Of a stretch of DNA of 64,000 nt, positions 1 to 9,865 are shown piece after piece; within the stretch, counting starts at the first letter, position 1; each line of letters opens with the position of its first letter. The translations under genes were made by a program, and so were the position numbers. Where the stretch lies: the NCBI GenBank assembly GCA_963737155.1, contig CAVTRN010000001.1, positions 576,001-640,000 on the forward strand, in the 5' to 3' direction. A model generated the notes under the pieces. The model saw only the letters and a list, made by a program, of their open reading frames with translations. It made no database searches and was not told the origin of the DNA. This stretch comes from Nitrospirota bacterium. GTDB lineage: Bacteria > Nitrospirota > UBA9217.

Positions 1-7
1 AACTCAA

Positions 8-379
8 ATGATGGACCTCTATCTTCATATGGGCATGGCTCTCGTCCTTGTCAGTGGGCTGATTTTTTTGCTCGGCCGCTTTTTCAAGAAACGCCAGGAG
101 AAGGAGAGCCTGATGAAAATCATGGGATATCAGTCTCTCGGTCCGAAAAAGGGCATCGCCATGGTCAAAGTCGGGCCCGAGGTGCTTCTCGTCGGCGTTA
201 CGGCGACCGATATAAAGCTCCTGAAGACGATGGACGCGGTCGTCGAGGAGCGGGAGACGGAAGCCCCGCACCATCCCCAGGCCATGCAGAAAGTCATTAC
301 GGCCGATGCTTCCGAAAAGCTCCAAAAACTGAGAGCCCTAAAGGGCGCATTAAAGGACTCGCTGTATGCAATTAAATGA
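8..379 (+). CDS. fliO: Flagellar biosynthesis protein FliO
   Basis: Single N-terminal TM followed by a SLGPKKGIAMVKVG..LLVGVT FliO-like motif; directly upstream of fliP. Confidence 0.85.
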   Translation: MMDLYLHMGMALVLVSGLIFLLGRFFKKRQEKESLMKIMGYQSLGPKKGIAMVKVGPEVLLVGVTATDIKLLKTMDAVVEERETEAPHHPQAMQKVITADASEKLQKLRALKGALKDSLYAIK

Positions 380-998
380 TCCCGTCATCCAAGTTTTCCT
401 GATCATCAGTTTTCTTTCATTCCTGCCGGCAATCCTGGTCATGGTCACCTCGTTCACCAGGATCGTGGTGGTGCTTTCATTCCTACGTCAGGCCATCGGT
501 GGACAGCAGACTCCGCCGAACCCGGTGATTATCGGCCTTTCCATCTTTTTAACGTTTTTCGTAATGTCACCGACCATCGATGCGGTAACCAAGGATGCAA
601 TCAACCCATACCTTGACAAGAAAATAACGATTCAGCAGGCATTGATCGTAGCAGCGCCGCCGCTTAAAACCTTCATGCTGAGGCAGACACGCGAGAAAGA
701 CATTGCGCTTTTCCTGAATATCGCAAAGACAGAAGCGCCTGCGACTCCGGCAGAGCTGCCCATGCGGATCGTGGTTCCAGCGTTTGCCATCAGCGAGCTG
801 AAAACCGCCTTCGAGATCGGATTTCTTATTTTCCTGCCGTTCCTCATTATCGACATCGTCGTCTCGAGCGTTCTTCTTTCCATGGGCATGATGATGCTGC
901 CGCCGTCCCTCGTGTCGCTTCCCTTCAAACTGTTGCTCTTCGTGCTGGTAGATGGGTGGCACCTCGTCGTGGGAACACTCGTAAGGAGTTTTCAATGA
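366..998 (+). CDS. fliP: Flagellar export gate protein FliP
   Basis: TSFTRIVVVLSFLRQAIG, PAFAISELKTAF and LPFKLLLFVLVDGW motifs. Confidence 0.97.
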   Translation: MQLNDPVIQVFLIISFLSFLPAILVMVTSFTRIVVVLSFLRQAIGGQQTPPNPVIIGLSIFLTFFVMSPTIDAVTKDAINPYLDKKITIQQALIVAAPPLKTFMLRQTREKDIALFLNIAKTEAPATPAELPMRIVVPAFAISELKTAFEIGFLIFLPFLIIDIVVSSVLLSMGMMMLPPSLVSLPFKLLLFVLVDGWHLVVGTLVRSFQ

Positions 999-1264
999 AT
1001 ATCGATCTGGTAAAAGAGATTTCCGGTGAGGTCTTCAAGACCGTTCTGATCGTTTCAGCTCCTGTGCTTCTGGTAAGTCTCGTTGTGGGACTTGTGATAA
1101 GCCTGTTCCAAGCCGTTACCCAGATACAGGAATTTACTCTGACCTTCGTGCCGAAGATCATCGCCGTTTTCATCACCCTTTTTCTCTTCTTCCCGTGGAT
1201 CGCGAGAATCCTAGTAACTTACACGACGGACCTGTACACGAAGATCCCAGTGTATATAAAATAG
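995..1264 (+). CDS. fliQ: Flagellar export gate protein FliQ
   Basis: FQAVTQIQEFTLTFVPK motif; ATG at 995 overlaps the fliP stop (ATGA) with AAGGAG upstream. Confidence 0.95.
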   Translation: MNIDLVKEISGEVFKTVLIVSAPVLLVSLVVGLVISLFQAVTQIQEFTLTFVPKIIAVFITLFLFFPWIARILVTYTTDLYTKIPVYIK

Positions 1265-1303
1265 CAGTTCATCCGGAGTTCGGAGTACGGAGTGTCTCGT
1301 ATT

Positions 1304-2056
1304 ATGGAATCACTGACCAAATACATACCCACTTTTCTCTTCATCCTTCTCCGGGCGGGGATTGTGCTGAATATGCTCCCCTTTCTCAGCAGCACAAATT
1401 TTCCGCCGCAGTTCAGGATCGGACTTGCCGTGGCCGTCGCGCTCGTTCTCACGCCGGCTGTGAACTTCGCGGTGCCGAAAACCGACATACCCCTTGTCGT
1501 TATCCGGGAGGTCATGTTCGCCATGATCTTCGGCTTCGCGGCAAGATACGTATTTTATGCTGTGGACATGGCCGGCCAGATGATGAGCGACGCCACAGGG
1601 CTTTCCATGGCCACGATTATCAATCCCGAAATCGGTCAGTCCACCGACCTATCGCAAATTTTCAGTATCATCGCCACGTTGCTCTTCTTTGCCGTCGATG
1701 CACACCACGATCTTATTATGATCTTCGTAAAAAGCTATGAATGGGTACCAGCAGGAACCATCAGCGCTACGGGGATGATGACAGCCGCGGTATCCCTGAC
1801 GGCGCGGATGTTCGTGATCGCGCTCAAGATCAGCGCCCCAGTCATGATTATCATGCTGATTACGCATATACTCCTCGGCTTTGTCGCAAAGGTGGCTCCG
1901 CAAATGAATGTTTTTTTCGTCGGATACCCTCTGTACCTCTTCCTGGGGTTCTTGACGATGGTCGTCAGTCTTCCCGTTTTCACTTATGTCATGGGAGGAT
2001 ATTTCAAGGGCATCCCCGAGGAAGTCGGTAGGGTCATGCTGCTGATGAAGCAGTAA
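1304..2056 (+). CDS. fliR: Flagellar export gate protein FliR
   Basis: Hydrophobic protein of about 250 aa with the KVAPQMNVFFVGYP motif, between fliQ and flhB. Confidence 0.93.
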   Translation: MESLTKYIPTFLFILLRAGIVLNMLPFLSSTNFPPQFRIGLAVAVALVLTPAVNFAVPKTDIPLVVIREVMFAMIFGFAARYVFYAVDMAGQMMSDATGLSMATIINPEIGQSTDLSQIFSIIATLLFFAVDAHHDLIMIFVKSYEWVPAGTISATGMMTAAVSLTARMFVIALKISAPVMIIMLITHILLGFVAKVAPQMNVFFVGYPLYLFLGFLTMVVSLPVFTYVMGGYFKGIPEEVGRVMLLMKQ

Positions 2057-2096
2057 GAGTGGAAACGTTCGGAATCCGGTGTAACGAGCAAGGAAT

Positions 2097-3131
2097 ATGG
2101 CAGAAAACGAAGACAGAACAGAACAAGCAACACCAAGACGACGCCAAAAGGCTCACGAAAAGGGTCAGATCGCGCGTAGCCGTGAACTCGTCGGGATGTC
2201 CACTACGGCGGGCATTCTGTTCGTGTTTTACATGGCGGGAACATCATTCATGAAAAATGTGACCGGGCTTACCACTAGGCTTCTGAGCCTCGGTTACGGC
2301 AAGGACCCCATGACTGTGATGCGATCGGCGTCGCTGCAAACAATGCTGATTTTGGCGCCTTTTTTCACGGTCGCCGTCGCGTTTGCCCTGTTTTCCAGCG
2401 TGGCCCAGGGAGGTTTCCTGTTCAAACCCCTTGCCCTCGATGCGTCAAGGCTCAATCCTCTTTCGGGTTTTAAAAATCTATTTTCGATCACCGCCCTCCC
2501 GGGCCTGATCAAGAGCATATTCAAATTCGGCGTTGGCATCGCCTTGTTCTTTATCATAGCAAGACAAGCGCTTCCTCTTGTGCCCGCTACCATGGCGATG
2601 GACCTGCCGCAAATCCAGTCCATAGCCTTCGGTCTCGCGAACAAGACCGCGTTCTATGCTCTCGCGATCTTTTTCGTGCTTGCCCTGGCAGATTATTTCT
2701 ACGAACGGTGGAAGTTCGAACGGTCCATCAGGATGTCCAAGGAAGAGATCCGTGAAGAATTCCGCGAGTCCGAAGGCGACCCGCACATCAAAGCAAAGAT
2801 CAAGAACCTGCGGAGAGAAGTGGCGCGCCGCCGAATGATGAAGGCGGTACCCCAGGCCACTGTTGTGATCACCAACCCGACGCACATCGCCGTAGCGCTC
2901 GTGTATAAAAAGAACGAAGCTTCGGCCCCGAAAGTCGTCGCAAAAGGCAAGGGGTACGTAGCCGTGAAAATCAGGGACCTTGCGCGCCAACACGGCATCC
3001 CCATCATGGAGGACAAGCCGCTGGCACGGGCGCTCTTCAAGGTTAAACTCGACTCGTTCATTCCAGCGGAGCTGTATAAAGCCGTAGCAAGGATACTCGC
3101 CTACATTTATAAATTGAGAGGAGCGGCCTAA
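2097..3131 (+). CDS. flhB: Flagellar export substrate-switch protein FlhB
   Basis: RTEQATPRR N-terminus, SEGDPHIK and the NPTH autocleavage motif. Confidence 0.97.
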   Translation: MAENEDRTEQATPRRRQKAHEKGQIARSRELVGMSTTAGILFVFYMAGTSFMKNVTGLTTRLLSLGYGKDPMTVMRSASLQTMLILAPFFTVAVAFALFSSVAQGGFLFKPLALDASRLNPLSGFKNLFSITALPGLIKSIFKFGVGIALFFIIARQALPLVPATMAMDLPQIQSIAFGLANKTAFYALAIFFVLALADYFYERWKFERSIRMSKEEIREEFRESEGDPHIKAKIKNLRREVARRRMMKAVPQATVVITNPTHIAVALVYKKNEASAPKVVAKGKGYVAVKIRDLARQHGIPIMEDKPLARALFKVKLDSFIPAELYKAVARILAYIYKLRGAA

Positions 3132-5167
3132 TGAACGTTCTCGCACAGGTGCAGCAGAGGGGCGATGTTATCGTCGCCGTAAGCGTGGTATCCATAGTCG
3201 GCGTCATGATTCTGCCGGTTCCCGCTTTCGTTCTGGATATGCTGCTGTCCTTCTCCATCTCCCTAGCCATCGTTATTTTGGTCTCGGCGGTTTATGTCCG
3301 CAGGCCCCTTGACCTGTCCGTGTTTCCGTCCCTCCTCCTGATGACAACGCTCTATCGCCTGTCGCTCAATATCGCTTCTACGCGGCTTATCCTGCTCAGA
3401 GGGAACGAAGGGATCGACGCCGCGGGCCAGGTGATCAAGTCCTTCGGCAGCTTCGTCGTCGGCGGGAATTACGCCGTGGGTTTCATCATATTCCTGATCC
3501 TCGTGGTCATCAACTTCGTCGTCATCACCAAGGGTTCCGGCAGGATAGCCGAAGTGGCCGCACGGTTCGTCCTCGACGCCATGCCGGGTAAGCAGATGGC
3601 TATCGACGCAGATCTGAATGCCGGCATCATCAACGAAACGGAGGCCCGGAAGCGGCGCGCCACCGTGGCGCAGGAAGCCGATTTCTATGGCGCCATGGAC
3701 GGCGCGAGCAAGTTTGTACGCGGCGACGCCATCGCCGGCCTCATCATTACCGGAATCAATATCCTCGGTGGGTTCGCCATCGGTGTCCTGCAGCAGGGCA
3801 TGCCCTTCGTCGAAGCCGCGAAAACCTACACAGTCCTGACTATCGGCGACGGCCTGGTCGCCCAGATACCGGCGCTCCTCATCTCCACAGCGGCTGGTAT
3901 GGTCGTGAGCCGGGCCGGCTCCGAGTCCGACATGGGCAGGGACATTACCCGGCAGCTCTTCGTCAACCCCAAGGTCCTATTTACAGCCGCAGGCATTATG
4001 GCCACACTTGGTATGGTCCCCGGTCTGCCCCATATCCCGTTCTTCCTACTGTCAGGTGCATCCGGCGGCCTCGCCTACGCTCTCGGTAAGACCGAGGTCG
4101 AGGAAAAAGCAGCGGAGCAGAAGGTGGAGGCGCCGGCCCAGGAACCTGCCATTGAAACGCTCATCGAGCTCGAACCGTTGACCTTTGAGATCGGATACGG
4201 CCTCATACCGCTTGTCGAGGGCGGCAGCGCGAATCTGCTGAACAAGATCAAAGCCATGCGGCGTCAGCTTGCCGGCGATCTCGGGTTCGTGGTGCCTTCG
4301 ATCCATATCAAGGACAATCTCCAGCTGAGGCCCCATGAATATGCGCTCCTGCTCCGCGGCATCGAAGTTGCCCGCGGCGGAGTCATGATGGGTTACCATC
4401 TTGCTGTTCCGACGTCGGAAGCACAGAAGATAGAAGGCATACCGACGAAAGAGCCGGCGTTCGGAATGCCAGCTTACTGGATCAACGACCGCGATGTGGA
4501 ACAGGCGCAGGCCCACGGGTGCATGGTGGTCGACCCGGCGACTGCTATCGTAACGCATCTAACGGAACTCATTAAAACACATGCCTGGGAGCTCCTCACG
4601 CGGAACGAGGTGCAGAACTTGCTGGACAAAGTGGCAAAAAATTATCCTAAGCTCGTCGACGAGCTTATCCCGGTTAACCTTACTCTTGGCGGACTGCAGC
4701 GCGTTCTTCAAAACCTCCTCAAAGAGCGCGTGCCGATCAACAACCTGATCACCATCATGGAAACGCTCCTCGACCACGTGCCAGGCGTCAAGGACGCCGA
4801 AGTGCTCACGGAGTACGTGCGCCAGTCCCTTTCACGCTTCATAACCCGGCAGTACGTGGCGCAAGACGGCAGTGTCCATGTCATGACAATGGATCCGCGA
4901 TTTGATCGGGCGCTGGTACAGGCCATGGAAGCTGGCGGCGCCATCAACCCCGATGTGGTCACCAAGCTCATGAAAGCCGTTGAAAAGGCCATCGCAAATA
5001 ATCGCATGCGGGGTCAACAGCCGGTCATTCTCTGCTCCACGCAGACACGGCGGTTTTTGAAGAAAATCACGGAACGGTTCCTGCCGGCCATCGCAGTGCT
5101 TTCAAATGCCGAGATATCATCCAGTGTACGTCTCTATACGACAGGAGTGCTGAAATATGAAGATTAA
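3131..5167 (+). CDS. flhA: Flagellar export protein FlhA
   Basis: RIAEVAARFVLDAMPGKQMAIDADL and FYGAMDGASKFVRGDA motifs. Confidence 0.98.
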   Translation: MNVLAQVQQRGDVIVAVSVVSIVGVMILPVPAFVLDMLLSFSISLAIVILVSAVYVRRPLDLSVFPSLLLMTTLYRLSLNIASTRLILLRGNEGIDAAGQVIKSFGSFVVGGNYAVGFIIFLILVVINFVVITKGSGRIAEVAARFVLDAMPGKQMAIDADLNAGIINETEARKRRATVAQEADFYGAMDGASKFVRGDAIAGLIITGINILGGFAIGVLQQGMPFVEAAKTYTVLTIGDGLVAQIPALLISTAAGMVVSRAGSESDMGRDITRQLFVNPKVLFTAAGIMATLGMVPGLPHIPFFLLSGASGGLAYALGKTEVEEKAAEQKVEAPAQEPAIETLIELEPLTFEIGYGLIPLVEGGSANLLNKIKAMRRQLAGDLGFVVPSIHIKDNLQLRPHEYALLLRGIEVARGGVMMGYHLAVPTSEAQKIEGIPTKEPAFGMPAYWINDRDVEQAQAHGCMVVDPATAIVTHLTELIKTHAWELLTRNEVQNLLDKVAKNYPKLVDELIPVNLTLGGLQRVLQNLLKERVPINNLITIMETLLDHVPGVKDAEVLTEYVRQSLSRFITRQYVAQDGSVHVMTMDPRFDRALVQAMEAGGAINPDVVTKLMKAVEKAIANNRMRGQQPVILCSTQTRRFLKKITERFLPAIAVLSNAEISSSVRLYTTGVLKYED

Positions 5168-6278
5168 AAAATTCACCGCTAAGACCTTTTCAGAAGCCCT
5201 CGATCTGGTTAAAAGAGAGCTGAGTAAGGACGCCGTCATTCTCTCGACGGAAGAAAAAAAGGGGTTGCGGCCCCATGTCGAAGTCACGGCAGCCGTGGAT
5301 TATGATGTAGCGGAGGGAGCAGCTCAGAGTTCGGAGTTCAGTGTTCAACGTGATGAGATGTACTCGAAACCAAAAGCACAAAACCCGAAATATGAGACCC
5401 CGCTCCCGATCCAAACTCCGTACCGCGCGATGGTGGGCGGTGACGATGGCGTCGGTGAACTGAGAGCAGAAGTTGGCAGTCTCCGGTCCATGCTCGAGTC
5501 CATGAAAAACAACGGGTACGAAGTATCGCTGCCTGCGAAAAAGCGCGCAGTACTCAATTATCTGCGCGAACGCTCGATCAGCGAGCCATTCGCTTTCCGC
5601 CTTTGCGACAAAACCTCGGAGCTGAGCGATATCCCGCTACTGCTCTCGGCAGACATCAAGGTGAAGCGGAACGACTTGACGAGGAAAGCCGTTATGATGA
5701 TCGGCCCGACGGGCGTCGGGAAAACCACGACTCTCGCCAAACTCGCGGCCCAAGCGGTAAAAGCCGGCAAAAGAGCGGCGATCATCAACCTCGATACCTA
5801 TCGGATCGGTGCCTTGGAGCAGGTGCGCATCTATGCGCGGATTCTCGGAATTCCCCTCGCAAGCGCGACGAATTCATCGGAATTCAAAGCCTGCCTCCAG
5901 AAATTCACCACCGAACGCGATATCGTGTTCATCGATACCATGGGGAAAAATCCCCGCGACGAGGCCTACATCAACGATATAGCCGGGTTCTGCTCCCTCG
6001 ATATTCCGATCGAACTGCACCTCCTCATGAGCGCGGGCACGGACGACGAATCGATGATAGAGGCCTACCGGTCGTACCGGAGGCTGCCCATCGACTACCT
6101 CGGTTTCAGCAAAGTCGACGAGGCGGTCCGGTTCGGCTCGCTCTATAATCTACTCCTCACCTATCAGAAGCCGGTTGCCTGGCTGACAACAGGGCAGCGA
6201 GTCCCCGGAGACATAGAGCAGGCCACCGTGAAGCGGCTGGCAAGTCTTATCATGACAAAGGAGTGCCCGGTATGTTGA
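5157..6278 (+). CDS. flhF: SRP-family GTPase FlhF
   Basis: MKIKKF N-terminus, GPTGVGKTTTLAKLA, DTYRIGA and GQRVPGDI motifs. Confidence 0.95.
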   Translation: MKIKKFTAKTFSEALDLVKRELSKDAVILSTEEKKGLRPHVEVTAAVDYDVAEGAAQSSEFSVQRDEMYSKPKAQNPKYETPLPIQTPYRAMVGGDDGVGELRAEVGSLRSMLESMKNNGYEVSLPAKKRAVLNYLRERSISEPFAFRLCDKTSELSDIPLLLSADIKVKRNDLTRKAVMMIGPTGVGKTTTLAKLAAQAVKAGKRAAIINLDTYRIGALEQVRIYARILGIPLASATNSSEFKACLQKFTTERDIVFIDTMGKNPRDEAYINDIAGFCSLDIPIELHLLMSAGTDDESMIEAYRSYRRLPIDYLGFSKVDEAVRFGSLYNLLLTYQKPVAWLTTGQRVPGDIEQATVKRLASLIMTKECPVC

Positions 6279-7126
6279 GCGTTGATCAGGAGGGGAAAAA
6301 GTATGTTAAGACCATTGCCGTGGCGAGCGGCAAGGGTGGTGTGGGCAAAACCAACATCACGGCCGGCCTCGCCATCGCCATGCGCAAGCTGGGCAAGAAT
6401 GTCGTCATTCTCGATGCCGATCTCGGTTTGTCCAATATTAATATTCTCCTCAATAAGCATAGTAAATTCAATATTCGCCATTTGCTTGAGGGAAAAGTCG
6501 CGCTCAAGGACATTCTCATAGAAGGCCCTCACGGTATCAAAATTTTGCCCGCGGGGGAGGGCGTCCAGGACCTCACGCGCCTCGATGAGTTCCAGAGACT
6601 CCGGCTTCTCGAAGCCTTTGATTCCTACGATGGCGAAATCGACATTCTGCTTATCGACAACTCGGCGGGCATCTTTGAAAACGTAACTTTCTTCTGCTCA
6701 GCCGCACAGGACATTGTCATAGTCACGACGCCCGAGCCGACCGCCTGGGTCGACGCTTATCACCTGATCAAGGTACTCTACGCCGAGTACCAGGAGAATA
6801 AATTTCACGTGATCGTAAACTCCGTAAAGAACGAGGCTGAGGGACGGCAGGTTTTCGAGACGCTCACGAGGGCTACGGACAGGTTCCTCAATATTTCGCT
6901 GGACTACTTGGGCTATCTTCCCTATGACGAGGACGTCAAGCAGGCCGTCCGTTCCCAGATGGCGTTTATCGACCTCTTCCCGAAGAAATTCATTTCCAAG
7001 TGCGTGGGAGAAATTGCGGCAAAAATACTGGAACGGCCGGAAAAAGTCAAAGGCTCACTCCAGTTTTTTATCGGTAATCTTCTGTCACCATCCGCTAATT
7101 CCGCGCAGGTGGGTTCGCGAGACTGA
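6272..7126 (+). CDS. flhG: MinD-like ATPase FlhG/FleN
   Basis: SGKGGVGKTN deviant Walker A and DADLGL motif, between flhF and fliA; start could be GTG 6263. Confidence 0.92.
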   Translation: MLSVDQEGKKYVKTIAVASGKGGVGKTNITAGLAIAMRKLGKNVVILDADLGLSNINILLNKHSKFNIRHLLEGKVALKDILIEGPHGIKILPAGEGVQDLTRLDEFQRLRLLEAFDSYDGEIDILLIDNSAGIFENVTFFCSAAQDIVIVTTPEPTAWVDAYHLIKVLYAEYQENKFHVIVNSVKNEAEGRQVFETLTRATDRFLNISLDYLGYLPYDEDVKQAVRSQMAFIDLFPKKFISKCVGEIAAKILERPEKVKGSLQFFIGNLLSPSANSAQVGSRD

Positions 7127-7158
7127 ACATGAAAATTTAGCAGCCGAGAGGACAATCC

Positions 7159-7896
7159 ATGCAGGATTATAGGATAGAAACGACCGAGCAGGAGAAGGAA
7201 AAGATCATTAATGATTCTCTTCCCTTTATCAAATATACGGCCTACCGGCTTGCGCAACGGCTGCCGCCCCAGCTGTCGGTCCAAGACCTTATCAGCGTGG
7301 GGGTCATGGGCCTGCTAGACGCCCTCCAACGCTATACTGAGGGACGGGCCAAACTCAACACCTTCGTGGAGCATCGCATAAGGGGCGCTATGCTCGATGA
7401 GCTGCGGTCCCATGACTGGGTACCGCGATCCATAAAGACAAAGATCGGCCAGATCAAAAAAGCCCATCGCGATCTCGAAAGAGACCTTGGCCGAATGCCC
7501 TCTGCGGAGGAAATCGCCGAAAGGCTCTCGATCTCGCTGGACGAATATTACCGAACAATCCAGAATGCGAGCAACGCGGTCGTTTTCAGCTTTGAGGATT
7601 TCCGTGACGGGATGGGCGAGGAAAGCGACATGAATGTAATGGAATGCATCCCCGACCCGGACATGAAAACGCCCCTCCAGCTCCTGGAGGAAGCCAGCGC
7701 GAAGGAAGCTCTTTCCCACGTCATAGAACGTCTGCCCGAAAAGGAAAAAATAATTCTTTCGCTCTATTATTGGGAGGAACTCACGATGAAGGAAATCGGC
7801 AAGGTGATGAACCTGACCGAGGGGCGTGTTTGCCAGATCCACAACCAGGCGCTTATCAGATTGAAAGCTCAGATGATTATGCCGGTCCACCAGTAG
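7159..7896 (+). CDS. fliA: RNA polymerase sigma-28 factor FliA
   Basis: RIRGAMLDELRSHDWVPRS and LTMKEIGKVMNLTEGRVCQIH motifs. Confidence 0.96.
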   Translation: MQDYRIETTEQEKEKIINDSLPFIKYTAYRLAQRLPPQLSVQDLISVGVMGLLDALQRYTEGRAKLNTFVEHRIRGAMLDELRSHDWVPRSIKTKIGQIKKAHRDLERDLGRMPSAEEIAERLSISLDEYYRTIQNASNAVVFSFEDFRDGMGEESDMNVMECIPDPDMKTPLQLLEEASAKEALSHVIERLPEKEKIILSLYYWEELTMKEIGKVMNLTEGRVCQIHNQALIRLKAQMIMPVHQ

Positions 7897-7965
7897 GCTA
7901 CCACGAGGCTTTCCCCATGAATTGCAGATTGAATGTCCTCGTGTTTTCCTGCCAGTTGATGGGGC

Positions 7966-7992
7966 TAAAGAATTTCTGCAAATGAACGATAA
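7966..7992 (+). promoter_or_regulatory. Sigma-28 promoter of the chemotaxis operon
   Basis: TAAAGAAT-N11-AACGATAA compared with consensus TAAAGTTT-N11-GCCGATAA. Confidence 0.65.
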
Positions 7993-8014
7993 GAATACCA
8001 CAGAGGGCCTGCGT

Positions 8015-9865
8015 ATGATGCCGAATGAAGAACTTGCCACGATAATACAAAATCTTTCCGATACCGATTCTTCGATGCGCCGCACCGCTGCTGAAGCCTT
8101 GTCCAACGCCGATGAGCGGGCGATCTATCCCCTCATCCTTCTGCTTTATGACGACAATGCAGGCGTTCAGGATGCGGCTATACGGTCCCTGGTCGCAATC
8201 GGCGGCAAAGTAACGGCATATATGACGTTGCCCCTCCTGCGGGAAGGACCGTTGGTCAGAAACGCTGCTCGTTTAATCTTGCGCCAGATCGGCCACCCAT
8301 CGGTCACATTTCTGCGATCCCTTCTCAGAGACAAGGATGATGATATCCGCACCTTTGCCGTCGATCTTATCGCCGAGATCGGCTCTTGCGACTATGCTGA
8401 CGAGATCGTACGCTTGCTCGAAACGGACCCCAACCAGAATGTCAGAGCTTCAGCGGCGCGAACGCTGGGAGCGCTCGATTACCGGCCCGGCCTGCCGGCG
8501 CTCACGGCCTCGCTCCGCGATAGTGAGTGGGTCTGCTTCTCAAGTCTCGAAGCGCTGGCTTTAATGAAAGACGAAGCATCCGTGGACCCCATTCTGGCCC
8601 TTCTGGGTAACCCTTCGGAGGCGCTTCGATATGCCGCCATCGAGGCGCTGGGAAAGATTGGCTCCCCACGGTCGAGCGCACCGCTCATCGCCTACCTCAC
8701 GAAGGCGAACGGCATGGAAAAAAATGCCATTGTCAGAAGCCTCGTCCAGATCGGCATGACGCCCACCATTGCGGAAGTCGCCGATGTGCTCATGGAAATG
8801 TTTTCTAACGGCGAGTGGGAAGAACGTCTGGTTGCACTCGCTGGCTTGTCGGATCTGAAATATAAACGGGCTATCCCGGTCATCTTTAATGCCGTTGGCA
8901 CGCTGGATCTGTCGGACCCCGAAAATGAGGAGCACCTGTTGACGGTGAAGCAGGCCCTCCTGAAATTCGGATGCACGCCTGCTTTTCTCTCGGTTCTCTC
9001 CGATCCGGGCGTTAAGTTTCGCGGAAAAGTCCTTGCCGCCGAAATTGTCGGCGAGCTTCGGTACGCCGAAGCGGTTCCGGCGCTCATCGGTCTGCTTTCC
9101 GTCGATTTGCGCGATGTGAGACGCGCGGCCGTACTGGCGCTTGCAACTATCGGGGGCGACGAGGCGCTTACCGTGCTGCGGACATGTATCGACGACCGCG
9201 ACGGACACGTGCGGAGCGCCGCTATTTCCGAATTGGGCAGGATAGGCGATCTGCAGTCCTCCGAACACCTCCTGCGTCATATCGATGTTGAAAACTACCA
9301 CGATGTCCTCGAGGAAACCGTCAAGGCACTCCTGCTGATCGATGCGCAGCAGCTCTTTTCCCATCTGACGGCGCTGTCTTCCAGAGTGAGGGAGATTGTC
9401 GCGCGCTATGCGGGGGATGCCGATGTTCTTCTCGCCCTTTCGCGGGAGCCTGAGGTGGACATCCGTGTGGCCGCGCTGGTGAGTCTCGCCAGGCTGCGGG
9501 ATGAACGAAGCCGAAAACGCCTGTCCGAAGCGCTCAGCGATGATAGCCCGGAAGCGCGAAAGGCTGCGGTCATCGCCCTCGGTTCTTTAAACGCTGGAAT
9601 CGACGAGTTTAGCAAAGCCCTGGGAGACAAGGACATGTGGGTACGGCTCTATGCCGTCAAAATGCTGGGGGAGTCGCAGGACGCCCGGGCCTCTTCGCTT
9701 GTCATTCACCTTCTCTCGGATGCGGAAGTTCCCGTTATTCTCTCAGCAATCGACGCTCTTCTGCAGCTGGGCGGAAGTGAAATGGCTGCAATTGGCGCGT
9801 TAAGGAACCACCGCGACGAGCAGGTACGTGAACGGGTATCGCAGGTTTTGGAGCCTTTATGCTGA
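8015..9865 (+). CDS. HEAT/PBS-lyase repeat protein, first gene of the che operon
   Basis: Many D..VR.AA..ALG.IG repeats over about 616 aa; ATG 8015 follows GAGGG and the sigma28 promoter, so the ORF-track start at 7922 is probably too early. Confidence 0.88.
   Translation: MMPNEELATIIQNLSDTDSSMRRTAAEALSNADERAIYPLILLLYDDNAGVQDAAIRSLVAIGGKVTAYMTLPLLREGPLVRNAARLILRQIGHPSVTFLRSLLRDKDDDIRTFAVDLIAEIGSCDYADEIVRLLETDPNQNVRASAARTLGALDYRPGLPALTASLRDSEWVCFSSLEALALMKDEASVDPILALLGNPSEALRYAAIEALGKIGSPRSSAPLIAYLTKANGMEKNAIVRSLVQIGMTPTIAEVADVLMEMFSNGEWEERLVALAGLSDLKYKRAIPVIFNAVGTLDLSDPENEEHLLTVKQALLKFGCTPAFLSVLSDPGVKFRGKVLAAEIVGELRYAEAVPALIGLLSVDLRDVRRAAVLALATIGGDEALTVLRTCIDDRDGHVRSAAISELGRIGDLQSSEHLLRHIDVENYHDVLEETVKALLLIDAQQLFSHLTALSSRVREIVARYAGDADVLLALSREPEVDIRVAALVSLARLRDERSRKRLSEALSDDSPEARKAAVIALGSLNAGIDEFSKALGDKDMWVRLYAVKMLGESQDARASSLVIHLLSDAEVPVILSAIDALLQLGGSEMAAIGALRNHRDEQVRERVSQVLEPLC

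Noticed and set aside
5930-6125. FlhF GTPase motif variants DTMG and SKVDE
   Set aside because: The key Asp, Gly and Lys residues are retained, so this is within normal family variation.
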